Assembly: GCA_951406725.2 (NCBI GenBank)
Contig: OX597816.1
Span: 127,782,001 to 127,846,000 of the forward strand
DNA length: 64,000 bases
Direction of reading: 5' to 3'
Source of the DNA: Octopus vulgaris
Lineage: Eukaryota
Shown here: positions 15,091 through 31,575 of the stretch, piece after piece
How positions within the stretch are numbered: the first letter of the stretch is position 1
Layout of the letters: every line of letters begins with the position of its first letter
Program-made: the position numbers and the translations under genes
The notes under the pieces: generated by a model
Told to the model about the DNA's origin: nothing
Databases searched by the model: none
The model's input: the letters and a program-made list of their open reading frames with translations, nothing else

Positions 15091-15282
15091 AAAACATGCA
15101 TTCCCATGCCAAGCTAAAATTCCAAGAGTTTGAATAAGAACTTTTAATTTCCAAGTTCCTTTGCTAAATTTTGAAGAAGCAATCTTCTTATTAGACCTCA
15201 TAATGAAATCAAAATATCTTCATAAATGTTTGTCATGCTGTCATTTGTGATCTTTAATGCACGGTATAAGGTACAAAAGTGA

Positions 15283-15500
15283 AGGTGCATGGCTTAACAG
15301 TTTGGGTGTTGGACTCATGATTGTAAGATTGGGATTTTGATTCCTAGACCAAGCAATGTGTTGTGTTCTTGAGCAAAACGCTTCATTTCACATTGCTCCA
15401 GTCCAATCAGCTGAATATAATGAGTAATCTTGCAATGGACTAGTGTCCCACTTAAGGAACAATACATACTCCATAGAAACCAGGAAACCAGCCCTATACT
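15283..15500 (+). mobile_element. CORE-type tRNA SINE, decayed
   Basis: tRNA-like head, then the CORE-like gtgttcttgagcaaaacgcttcatttcacattgctccagtcc; similar to the copies at 15700 and 61097. Confidence 0.7.
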
Positions 15501-15699
15501 CCTTACAGAATAATTTGAACTAAGCCCCCCACCATGTAAGGTTCAAAACATCTCTATATTCTATGCAAGTGACAATTATTTTTTGACCCTTAGTTCTGAT
15601 TGAGCAACCATATGATGAAAGATGTTCCTATCTTGTCCTTTCATCTTCATTCCAGATATAATATATCTAAGATTACATTATTCAATTTGTCCTTTTAGT

Positions 15700-16005
15700 G
15701 AAGTCATGTGGCTTAGTGGTCAGGGTATTCAGCTCATGATCATTAGGTCATGAGTTCACTTCCCAGTGGTGTATTGTATCCTTGAGCAAGACACTTTATT
15801 TCAAGTTGCTCCAGTCCTCTCAGCTGGCAAAATTTCAAAGGGCCAGCCTTGTCGCATTCTGTATCATGCTGAATCTCCCTGAGAACTATGTTAAGGGTAT
15901 GTGTGTTTGTGGAGTGCTCACCCACTTGCACATTAATTTCATGAGCAAGCCGTTCCATTGATCAGATCAACTGAAACCCTCATCATAACCAATGGCGTGC
16001 CAGTT
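15700..16005 (+). mobile_element. CORE-type tRNA SINE
   Basis: gtggcttagtggtcagg (A box), gagttcact (B box), tgtatccttgagcaagacacttt (CORE). Confidence 0.8.
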
Positions 16006-18012
16006 CATTCTTTCAAAAATGTGTGGTGAGATTTGGTTATTATTTCTAGTAGGTCAACTTTCCCAATAAAAGTTTCCTATCAACTTGTTTAGGGATAACT
16101 GTTATTCTACCTGAACAAGCAGACATGATTGAAAAAGCATTCTTACTGTGACAACCTCAACTTTTTATAGGTATGTAGGACTATAATGAATGCTTTGTTT
16201 ATTCAAAATAATAGGGTGGGATTTGAGGTAGATTTGTTTACTATTTCTAGCTGATTGACTGACCATTTTGAAGCTCTCTTTTTGGTGACTACTGAGGAAA
16301 TTGGAGGAAAAGCAATAAATAATTTTGAGTTGACTAATAGTCGTTTGATTAAAATACTGAATTTCATATACCTTATGTGATAAAATAATTTGAAGTAGTT
16401 TTTTTTTTAACATCAATTTGTTAAACAGGTTATTTGCTAAAATCTAAAAGTAAATTTGGAAGAAAATTTTCAATTTGAAAGAGACTCTTATATATATCAC
16501 AGGCACATGCATATCCTTCCACATACATTAACACAAAAATTGCCATTTGAAACTATGACCATTGTTTGTATTTTCAGAAAAGATATGTCAGACCTGATTG
16601 TGTTCCATAGTCTTAATACTTCTATTGTTTCTATATGAATATTGATCAAATTGTACATTTTCCCCAGTCTTGATTAGGCTCCAAATACCCAATTAAAATG
16701 TTCTCTATTTTGTTGCAAAAATACAGGAATCTAATTCCATCCAAACAACAGGTCTTTTCCTGTAGTCTTCACTTTCTTATAAGTTCTTCCTGTTGACTTT
16801 TCATTTATGCATGTTGTTGTTCTATTCTAAATTGACAGCCAGCCAAAATAATGTATAAATATGATATAATAACTGTAACAAATTCTCTGAGAATCCAGGA
16901 AGTGTATTGTATTCAGCTTATCTAAATTTATAGCAGAACAGTAAACACCTTAGTGCTTGTAGATTTAAGGAAGATATACTCCTTTGCAGTACATATGTAA
17001 GCAAACATGTGAAACAGTAGCATACAATACATTTTACCTAATATGCAACAACCCTAAAGTTATCTAAATTAACTTTGTACCTATTTATTTATTATTAAAA
17101 TAAAAAAAATATTCCTTTATTTTATTCATTTAAATCTTAATGTCTTTTAGGTAAATCAATTTAGTAACAAATTAATGCTTAGATTTGGTGGTAAGAAGTA
17201 GTAGCAAATATATCCTCTTCATTCATATATCTATTTTTAATTCCACACCAGCTTTGTGTAAATTTCTGTACATTAAATTTGCTTTATTCTTTTTTGATAG
17301 TATTTCAGATAATAAATATGTTTACTAAAATTTTCTTAAATAAAGTAGCCAATTTTTGAGGAAAAAAAATCAAGAAAGAAAAAAAATTAATTAATTTTAG
17401 TGGTGGATATCAATTACTGTATTTCACTGCTGGAAAAAATATCAAGGTTATGATTAGTACATTCATATAAGTAACTTTATTTGCCACATATTCCATAATT
17501 TATTTGTTAATCCATTCAAACGAAAGAGTAAGAAGTGTTCATTACATTATATATGAAATATATTTTTTTCTTTAAGTAAAGATGTTGGGTGGTTTAGACG
17601 AGGTAGAAATATTTTAGAGAAAATTTAATTAAATAGGTTATTGTTCTGATTTCCATAAATTCTTTTGAAAATAACACTGTTATAAAAATATATTTTTTTA
17701 AGTAGTGGAAAAATTTTCACCAATATGTCTAGTTAGTTTGTAATGCAGTAACAAAAGTAACTAAGACTGAACTGTTCTGCAGCCAAAATGAAAATTACTT
17801 ATGACCACATCCACATTTCAGATTGCTGATTCTATTACATTTTTCTTTGGATTAAATGCAAGTATTCCCAACCACATATTATTGGTAATTGTCTACATAA
17901 TATGAAGTCTGTTGCTTAGTTTTCATAGGTAGCAATGTGTGAGCTGAAATTTCTTGTTACTACTTGTTCTATGTATTGTAGATTACAGCTCATTAATCAC
18001 AGTTCTTTTCAG

Positions 18013-18102
18013 AGAGAGAGCGCTCCTTCAACTGAACTACTACATTGCTCTTTGAGTTGCTTCCAACACCTAAATGAAAATGGCACTATTCGAAATTTGT
18101 TT
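18013..18102 (+). CDS. Candidate 90-nt exon (RESAPSTELLHCSLSCFQHLNENGTIRNLF in phase 0)
   Basis: ttcttttcAG acceptor and consensus GTAAGT donor with an open frame. No homology recognised. Confidence 0.25.
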
Positions 18103-20311
18103 GTAAGTCTTCATAATGCTTGTGCTCTATTCCTATTGTTATAGAAAATTATTCAGTGTGAAAAAAAAAAAAAAAAGATATCTTACTAATGGAAAGCTAA
18201 GTTATCACTTTCTCTTTTCCTTCTTTTCATTTTACTTGGATTATAATCAACTTGCCAGTAGGTCATGTAGCATTTCAATGTGATAATCTTTATCCAAATG
18301 AGCCGGTTGTGTGCTTATGGTTTATTAACACTTCCCACTCACCTTGTTTTAAATATCTACTACACTTGCTTTTTAAGAAATATGTTGCTTGGCTCTTGCG
18401 AGAGAGAAGATAGTTTTGTAAAATATGTGATATTGCTAATGCTATACGCTAGTATCAGCAGTGATATTACAATGTACGGAAGTTATCAAGTGAACGGTAG
18501 TATTGATTTCTGTGTTGAAGTGAATTTCCTATTTTTGCCCATTTCTCGTATGTTCTAAAACAAGGCTAGAATGCTAGTTGTGTTCCTTTTGAAGCATGAC
18601 ATTTGATATACAGTCTGCTCTTATCTTCACTTGTGAAGTTAAACTTGTGTGATATAGAACTAAATGCTTTGTTTATGTGTAAGATATACTGAAATTGCAC
18701 ACTTATTTTGTTGCTTAATACTTTTACGACTGAAGTAAAGAAAAATGTTTTCCTTCCTCACTCTTACTCAATATTTATATATATATTAGGTTTGTCTAAT
18801 AAAACTAAAAATGAGCATTTTTACTGGAAAAATGTTTTAAATAAGATGCTTACCTCAATAAATTACAGCAAGAAAAATTATATTCACCATTTTCTGTTTG
18901 GTTTGTTGATTTTTTTGCTTCTAAAATTCAATTCTTCGGTTTTTATCACCCTTTAACTTCTATACAAATAATGAATTTTTCTTTCTCTCACAGAGGGGAC
19001 TATATAACATTCTACAGCTTCCATGCTGTAACTACTGTAAAGAGAATATGCTTGTGCAAATGTGTATCTGTTGAACATAAATACAGCATACTTACATAAA
19101 TATATATATATGTTTGTGTGTGTGTGTTCAACAGATATATAAGTAAAGACATACCTACCTGCCTGTATCTATCTCTCTATATATAAAATATACAATGCTT
19201 AATATTTTCCTGTTAGTGCCTGCCGTTTTTTCATTTCTAGTTGGTACCTGCTGTTCTCAGTCTCTGAGAGATGCAGCAATTCCATAATCACTTATGTTTC
19301 TATTATTTTATTTTTCAATGCTTTATGCCTATGTAAGAAATCATTACTTTATTTCATAATTCTAATTCAAAATAACTGTTTAGTATTTCATTTTAATTAC
19401 ATGAGATATATCTTCATATACTCACTTTTGTTATTTTATTTGGCTTTCTAATAAAAATTCTTCTTCGGTTGACATAAATAACCACTTTTTTTTATTGTTC
19501 ATTTTCCATCCTTTTGAGAAATATTTTTCCACTATGGAGGAAAATATGAAAACTCAAATAAAATATTGAACTTGAAATATTGTAAATATGTGTGTAGTAA
19601 TATAATACATTATTAACTTTATATCAAATTCTTCAATTTACCATACATATTTAATAAAAATATATATATTGAGGTTTTAGACTTGGAATATTTAAAATAC
19701 TACAGATATTAGAAGTATAGTTGATATATAAATTCATATGTGTATTTAGTATACCTTGTGTGAGTATTCCACAAATAAATTTTGTTAATTGAAAAATTCC
19801 TCTAAATATTTTGGAAGTAAAATTTTATTTCTGTTGTCTAAATTCCTTTCAAAAAATGTTTTAGAAATATTTTGATAGTATGTTTTTTACATCAGATTAC
19901 CAGAATCTAGAATTTATGACTGCACTGTATGTGTGTGTGTGTAACTAGAGTGTGACACATGTTCAGACACACACATATACATAAACACACACATGTGTGT
20001 GTGTGTATACATACATTCATGTGTGTGTGTATATATATGTACATGCACACTCACATGCATGCACACAAGCATATATATATATACACTGTACAATATAATG
20101 GATCCATTTCAGCCAATTTTACCAATCAGTTTTGCTCACAAAAGTTCAGGTAAAAAAAAAAATACTTGCTACTTATCAGAAGGGCTCAAATATGATTCTT
20201 ATATGAAACTGACTGTTAAAATCAGCAGAAATGGATCTACAAATGTTAATATGCCCCCTCTGTTAACCAATATACAAGTTCCTGTTATTTCTAACTCCAG
20301 GATTCTTAGCT

Positions 20312-20352
<41 letters not shown>

Positions 20353-22082
20353 TATATATATATATATATATTAATAAATCTCAGGGTAGCAAAAAAATTT
20401 AGAAAAATTCTTTGCTACCAGTGGTCTAGCGAAAAGAAAAAACTACTCAATAGACTTTATATTATTCATATAAAAATATAGTGGTTTGTAGTTTAACTGC
20501 TCTTTCTAGCGAGTCAGATGTCCTGTTATGGCCATCTCTTATGTGTTTAAATGTACACTGTATTTATATATATATATATCATGTTAGATGTGGGTGCATG
20601 CATGTGTATATGTGTGTGTGTATATATATATGTGTGTGTGTGCATATTCATACACATTAATTCATTGATATATATACATTGACTTTTATGCATTTGACTT
20701 ACTGTATTTAAATAATTTGTGTATATATGAACAAAGTTTTCACATTTACTTTTTAATTCATTCTAAGTAGATTTGTTCCTTTATTCTTCTTAGATTTCAA
20801 TCATACCACGTGCACTTTTTCTTAAGTAACAAGAAAATTGTATGCTCTCTAATTTATTGATACGTTCTGAATAGATGTATCAAATTTGGTTTAAAATAAC
20901 AATTTACCAAATATTATAATAATCATATGCAGTACACTAGCTAGATGCAGGTGGTTAAATAATGTTCACTTTGTTGTTTTCTGGTTAGATTTCAGCTACA
21001 CTTTCTATCACAGAATTGTGAAATTATCAACGTAATGAAATATTTCCTTCCTTAAGTTTATGCTGATGAGGTTCTTATGTGTGTAGCATGCATAGATTAA
21101 TACAACGCTACGAGTAATAACATTATTTGAACATATCTGTTGTAGGAATGTTGTATTGTTGCAGCTTTTATATTTACTCTGATACATATAAAACATTACC
21201 AGACGCTTGATAAGTTTGTGAAGTGATGTATATGACCTATCTATGCCAAAAACAGAAAAGCAAACAATATATTGGTTAATGATGATGTATGATATTAAAA
21301 TTTATTTTATGTTTATTCTTGTACATTTTAAATACATTTTAAATGCATTTATTCTTAATCTATTTTAAATATTTATGCAGCTGCATGAAAAATATATGTT
21401 GGTTATTTTTTATCCTCTCATATATAAATATTGTAATGATGTAAAAAAAACTAAAATTCATGCATTTGTGTGTGTTAATATTTAGTGTTTCATTTTATGA
21501 ATATAAAATTCCATAGTGTAAGAATTATGCGGTGCACTTAACGGAAAAAGTTCTAGGCTCCCCTCCTCACCTGCACCATACGTGGGTGATGTAATATACT
21601 TTTTAGCATTGTATTTTTACATCATTTCTAATCATCTTAATAGCTTGTATGATCCATTGCTCACATCTTCATCTTTCAACTACAGCTATAGGAGATATTT
21701 TAGCAATAGGGTAACATGTTATGCTTGCTAACTTTTCCCCATGTTTGTGACTTGAATTTGCATATCATTGATTAATTAGATAACTGAAGAACTAAACTAT
21801 AACTATGCAAACTTTTAAATATATAAAGATATATATTTAAGTATGATTTTTCTTCATTCATGTATGCACATATTGCTAAGTGCATAGCAGCATTAATTAT
21901 GCATAGGCATACACACTGCTGTTTATTGGGCCAATTATATATGTATGTGTGTGTAAGACTATGTTTGCAGAAAGATTTACATACATCTTAAAAGTGCATT
22001 TCACTTAATCTTTGTCTAGTTATTATTAAATGTGATATGTGTTTGATAGAAAACTTCATTGGATTAACTGTGATTACTAAAT

Positions 22083-22275
22083 TAGGCATAGGGACTGCAA
22101 TTTTGAAGTGGCTGGGGTAGTCAGTACCATTTAGCCCAATGTGTGACTCTTACTTCATTGACCCTGAAATGCAAAATTTACTTCAGTGGGATTTGAACTC
22201 AGAATGCAAAGATGTAGAACAAATACTACAAAGCATTTTTACTCAAGCTCTAAAAATTCTGCTAATCTATCATAC
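22083..22275 (-). mobile_element. Decayed Deu/Nin-like SINE
   Basis: ttgaccctgaaa...ggatttgaactcagaatg...aaattctgcta is colinear with the 14868 copy. Confidence 0.65.
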
Positions 22276-22692
22276 TTCATCATATAAATAGTAATAATAA
22301 TAATCTAAGGGGCTGAGAAATTGCTTCCTGCGTATTCTGAAAATTTGTCTATTTTGATGTTATTAATAAGGATTGTTATAGCATTCATCCATTGAATTAC
22401 ATGTCCCCCTATTTAAGTCTATTATGACTTACTGGAGCATTCAATCAAGTAATTTTTTTTCTTCTTTTGTTCTCATATATTTGATATTTGAGTTTGTTAA
22501 TGTACTATATTTGTGAAAGGAAGGAACTTGATACATTTTAGGGAAACCTCATAACCTTATGTATACATGTTAGTTCCTTGAATAAACTTGACCTAGAATA
22601 CTTATATGTTAATAGAACAAAAAATAGCTGATGCTCTCAGAGTCACTTAGTTTACATAAAATCTGTTGAGGGTAACTGCTGTGTTAATTGAG

Positions 22693-23372
<680 letters not shown>

Positions 23373-23431
23373 GTATATATATATATATATGTATATATGT
23401 ATATATATATGTATATATGTATATATATATG

Positions 23432-23574
<143 letters not shown>

Positions 23575-23590
23575 GTATATATATATTATA

Positions 23591-23730
<140 letters not shown>

Positions 23731-24081
23731 TGTATATGTATATATATATATATGTATATGTATATATATATGTATATGTATATGTATATGTATATATATA
23801 TGTATATATGTATATATATATGTATATATGTATATATATATGTATATATGTATATATATATTATATGTATATGTATATATATGTATATATGTATATATAT
23901 GTATATGTATATATATATGTATATATGTATATATGTATATATATATGTATGTATATATATGTATATATGTATATATATATGTATGTATATATATGTATAT
24001 AAGTATATATATGTATGTATATATATGTATATATGTATATATATGTATGTATATATGTATATATGTATATATATGTATGTA

Positions 24082-24190
<109 letters not shown>

Positions 24191-24347
24191 GTATATATAT
24201 GTATATATGTATATATATATGTGTATATATATATGTGTGTATATATATATATATATATGTGTATATATATGTATATATATATGTATATATATGTATATAT
24301 ATATATGTATATATGTATATATATATATGTATATATATGTATATATG

Positions 24348-24381
<34 letters not shown>

Positions 24382-24419
24382 TATGTATTTATATATATGT
24401 ATATATGTATATATATATG

Positions 24420-24451
<32 letters not shown>

Positions 24452-24702
24452 AATATATATATATATAAATATGTATGTATATATATATAAATATGTATAT
24501 ATATATACATATATAAATATGTATATATATATATATATATAAATATGTATATATATATACATATATATAAATATGTATATATATATACATATATATAAAT
24601 ATGTATATATATATACATATATATAAATATGTATATATATATACATATATATATATGTGTATATATATATATGTATGTATATGTATATATAAATATGTAT
24701 AT

Positions 24703-24764
<62 letters not shown>

Positions 24765-24798
24765 ATATATATACACATATATATATATGTGTATATAT

Positions 24799-24894
<96 letters not shown>

Positions 24895-24938
24895 GTATGT
24901 ATATATATATATGTATATAAATATATATATATATATAT

Positions 24939-24980
<42 letters not shown>

Positions 24981-25152
24981 TATATGTGTATATATATACA
25001 CATATATATATATGTGTATATATATATATGTATGTATATGTATATATATATATATGTATATGTATATATATATGTATATGTATATATATATGTATATATA
25101 TATATGTATATATATATGTATGTATATATATATATATGTATGTATATATATG

Positions 25153-25251
<99 letters not shown>

Positions 25252-25327
25252 ATGTATGTATATATATATATATGTATATATAATTATATGTATATATAAT
25301 TATATGTATGTATGTATATGTATATAT

Positions 25328-25359
<32 letters not shown>

Positions 25360-25411
25360 GTATATATATATGTATGTATATGTATGTATATATATATATG
25401 TGTATGTATAT

Positions 25412-25461
<50 letters not shown>

Positions 25462-25505
25462 GTATATATATATATGTATATATATGTATGTATATGTATG
25501 TATAT

Positions 25506-25565
<60 letters not shown>

Positions 25566-25771
25566 GTATATATATATGTATATATATGTATATATATATA
25601 TGTGTGTATATATATATATGTATATATATATATGTGTGTATATATATATGTATATATATATGTGTACATATATATATATTTATATATGTATGTATGTATA
25701 AATGTATATATATATATATATGTATGTATATATATATGTATATGTATGTATATATATGTATATATATATGT

Positions 25772-25821
<50 letters not shown>

Positions 25822-25826
25822 GTATG

Positions 25827-26021
<195 letters not shown>

Positions 26022-26032
26022 GTATATATATG

Positions 26033-26065
<33 letters not shown>

Positions 26066-26090
26066 GTATATATATGTATATATATATATG

Positions 26091-26163
<73 letters not shown>

Positions 26164-26349
26164 GTATATATATATGTATATATATATGTATATATATATA
26201 TGTATATATATGTATATGTATATATATATGTATATGTATATGTATATGTATATATATGTATATATATATATATGTATATGTATGTATATGTATATATATG
26301 TATATGTATATATATATATATGTATATATATGTATATATATATATATGT

Positions 26350-26381
<32 letters not shown>

Positions 26382-26496
26382 GTATATGTATGTATATGTA
26401 TATATATGTATATATATGTATATGTATATATATATATGTATATGTATATATATATATATGTATATGTATGTATATGTATATATATGTATATATATG

Positions 26497-26529
<33 letters not shown>

Positions 26530-26551
26530 GTATATGTATATATATGTATAT

Positions 26552-26601
<50 letters not shown>

Positions 26602-26620
26602 GTATGTATATATATGTATG

Positions 26621-26667
<47 letters not shown>

Positions 26668-26674
26668 GTATATG

Positions 26675-26725
<51 letters not shown>

Positions 26726-26911
26726 GTATATGTATATATATGTATGTATATATATGTATATGTATATATATGTATGTATATATATGTATATATATATATA
26801 TGTATGTATATGTATGTATATGTATATATATATGTATATATGTATATATAGATCAATAAATGGTGGGGTTGTGTTGACCGCACGTGGAGAAATGATAAGG
26901 AAAAGATTGTA

Positions 26912-26944
<33 letters not shown>

Positions 26945-27288
26945 ATATATGTATATATGTATATATGTATATATATATATATATATGTATATATGCATAT
27001 ATATATATATGTATGTATGTATGTATATATATGTATGTATGTATATATATGTATGTATGTATGTATATATATGTATGTATGTATATATATGTATATATAG
27101 ATGTATGTATATATATATGTATATATATGTCTATGCATATATGTATATATATATATATATGTATATATGCATATATATATATATATATGTATGTATGTAT
27201 GTATATATATATGTATGTATATATATGTATATATAGATGTATGTATATATATGTATATATATGTCTATGTATACTTTATGTATATATG

Positions 27289-27323
<35 letters not shown>

Positions 27324-27370
27324 GTATGTATGTATATATATATATATATGTATGTATGTATATATATGTG

Positions 27371-27407
<37 letters not shown>

Positions 27408-27504
27408 GTATATGTATATATATGTATGTATATATATGTATATGTATATATATGTATGTATATATATGTATATGTATATATATGTATGTATATATATGTA
27501 TATG

Positions 27505-27537
<33 letters not shown>

Positions 27538-27789
27538 GTATATATATGTATGTATATATATGTATATATATATGTGTGTATATATATATATGTATATATA
27601 TGTGTATATATATATATGTGTATATATATGTGTATATATATATATGTATATATATGTGTATATATATATATGTATATATATGTGTATATATATATATGTA
27701 TATATATGTGTATATATATATATGTATATATATGTGTATATATATATATGTATATATATATATGTATATGTATATATGTATATTTATAT

Positions 27790-27825
<36 letters not shown>

Positions 27826-28027
27826 GTATATATATATATATATGTATATGTATATATATATATGTATATGTATATATATATATGTATATGTATATATGTA
27901 TATGTATATATATATGTGTATATATATGTATATATAAGTATATATATGTATATATATATATGTATATATAAGTTTATATATGTATATATATGTATATGTA
28001 TATATATGTATATATATGTATATGTAT

Positions 28028-28079
<52 letters not shown>

Positions 28080-28130
28080 GTATATATATATACATATACA
28101 TATATATATACATATACATATATATATACA

Positions 28131-28173
<43 letters not shown>

Positions 28174-28384
28174 ATATATATATGTATACATATATATACA
28201 TATATATATACATACATATATATACATATATATACATACATATATATACATATATATATATGTATATATATATATGTATATATATGTATGTATATATATA
28301 TGTATATATATATGTATTTATATATATATATATGTATATATATATACATACATATATATACATATATATATATGTATGTATATA

Positions 28385-28416
<32 letters not shown>

Positions 28417-28571
28417 CATACATATATATATGTATATATATATGTATGTATATATATATGTATATATATATACATACATATATATACATATATATATATG
28501 TATGTATATATATATGTATATATATATGTATGTATATATATATACATATATATATACATACATATATATAC

Positions 28572-28616
<45 letters not shown>

Positions 28617-29117
28617 CATACATATATATATGTATATATATATGTATGTATATATATATGTATATATATATATGTATGTATATATATATGTATATATATA
28701 TATGTATATATATATATGTATATATATATATGTATATATATATGTATATCTATATATATGTATGTCTATATATATGTATGTATATATATATGCATATATA
28801 TATATATGTATATATATATATATGTATATATATGTATATGTATATATATATGTATATATATATATGTATATGTATATATGTACATGTATATATATATGTG
28901 TATATATATATATATACATGTATATATATATGTATATATATATATGTATATATATATATATGTACTGTATATATATATACATATGTACATGTATATATAT
29001 GTATATATATATGTACATGTATATATATATGTATATATATATATATGTATATATATGTATATATATATATGTACATGTATATATATATGTATATATATAT
29101 ACATGTATATATATATG

Positions 29118-29173
<56 letters not shown>

Positions 29174-29186
29174 CATATATATATAC

Positions 29187-29225
<39 letters not shown>

Positions 29226-29236
29226 CATATATATAT

Positions 29237-30703
29237 ATTGATTGATTGATTGATTGATTCTAGTTTCAGCTATGAGCTGTGGCCATGCTGGGGCACCGCC
29301 ATTTGGTGTTGCTACTTGGTTTCACTTCATGGGGGCTTTCAGCAACTGCTATTTGGTGCATGAGAGAGTTCGATGCAGCTGCCCTCATCTGGCCCCTCCT
29401 GCCGTGAAGCTGGCTCATCTTGGGACACCTGACAGGAAGAGATCCAGCTTCATTTTAAAGACATCTATCCACCCCATGCAGGTCTCTCAGCCGGGAGGAT
29501 ATTGAAGAGCTGTGGGCCTCGAGCTTCAGGCTATCACAGAATCTTGTCCTACATCTTGATGGCAGGTTTGAGTTCTAGGCACCACGCAGTGGCGCCAGTT
29601 CTGGCATTTGCGTAACCTCGATGCCAAAGTTCAGGACACTTCCCTCCAGGATCTTCCAGATGTATATTATGGCATATCTTTCCCGCCTATGCTCCAGGGA
29701 ATATAATTTTAATCTCTTGAGTCTTTCCCAGTAGCTTACATTCTGCATAGAGGCTATCTTCTTCGTGTAGCTTCGTTGGATCGAGTTCTGTGATCAACTT
29801 GATACTGGATGGTGACCATAGCTGCAAATAGTCAAAGTGGCTTAGGACAAGTGTCTTCCAGAGGACCATCATGGTTTCTGTTCTCTTGTTCTAAAGGTTC
29901 TAAGAATCCAGAAGCCGTCTACATTTCATTGTCAGTTTAGCAACATGTACATGAAAGGTCACACATCACTCATGTTGTCTGATTGTGCCTCTGGGATTGC
30001 AATCCTCCGGGTCCAGTGTATTCATTGTATTGCATTCAGTTTTGGAAACTTTCCAGCATTGAACTGCATGCTATTCTTTTCAGCCACTCTGTATATTTCG
30101 TCCTAGCCTTACATTGCAGGTGTTTAGTGTCCCTAGGCCCTGTATTGCCAGCATAACTTGTGATCGTGGCTCTCTGCGTGGCTGAGGGCATGTCTGAGAG
30201 GGCCATTATGAACAGAGTCCCAGAACAGTGCCCTGCGGAACACCGTCAATTATTTGTGTGTTAATGGAGGTGGCCCCATTGGCTACTACCACCTGACTTC
30301 TATCCTTCAGAAAGTCATGAAGCAGTTTTCTATGTTGAGATCACGCAGTTTGTGACATATCATTCCATGATCGACTTTATCAAAGGCCTTTAAAGACATC
30401 TGTATCCACCCCATGTTGGGTGTCAAAGGTAAGTGCAGGTCTCTCAGATTCTTCGGGAGGATATTGAAGAGCTGTGGGCCTCTGAAAGAGAACTGCAGTG
30501 GTCTTGCTAGGACTCTTTTACATGCTTTTAGGAGGATTGAAGCCCAGGCTATCACAGAATCTTGTCCTACATCTTGATGGCAGGTTTGGAGTACTCTAGC
30601 TGTTTCTTTGGCATACCTGTAGAAAGCTCTGGGGTTAGATTTTATGTTTTCTATAGCCCAGGCTTCTTTGTCTGCTCTTTCTTTTCATGGGCACCACGCA
30701 GTG
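29237..30703 (-). mobile_element. LINE copy A (same family): 3' portion, heavily deleted and internally scrambled
   Basis: A (GATT)n tail at 29237-29260 is followed by the reverse complement of the 3' end and RT region of the 37775-41060 copy, with many indels. In 30390-30700, non-adjacent parts of the element are interleaved. Confidence 0.85.
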
Positions 30704-30833
30704 GTTAAACGATGATGATGATGATGATGATGATGTATATATATATATATGTATGTATATATATATATGTATATATATATATGTATATATATATATATGT
30801 ATATGTATATATATATATGTATATATATATATG

Positions 30834-30864
<31 letters not shown>

Positions 30865-30874
30865 GTATATGTAT

Positions 30875-30924
<50 letters not shown>

Positions 30925-31178
30925 GTATATATATATATGCATGTATATATATATATGTATGTATATATATATATGTATGTATGTATATATATTTATGTAT
31001 GTATATATATGTATGTATGTATATATATGTATATATATATATATGTATATATATATATGTATATATATATATATGTATATATATATATGTATATATATAT
31101 ATGTATATATATATATATGTATGTATATATAAATATATGTATATATATATATGTATATATATATATGTGTATATATAT

Positions 31179-31209
<31 letters not shown>

Positions 31210-31357
31210 GTATATAAATATATATGTATATATATATATGTATATATATGTACCAGTATCTATTCTCTCACCCTACTGTATATATATGCATTTGCATGTA
31301 TATATATATGTATATATATATATGTATATATATATATGTAACATGTATATATATATG

Positions 31358-31388
<31 letters not shown>

Positions 31389-31575
31389 GTATATATATAT
31401 ATGTATATATATATATGTATATATATATATACATATGTACATGTATATATATATGTATATATATATATGTACATGTATATATATATGTATATATATATAT
31501 ATGTATATATATGTATATATATATATATGTACATGTATATATATATGTATATATATATGTACTACATATATATAT

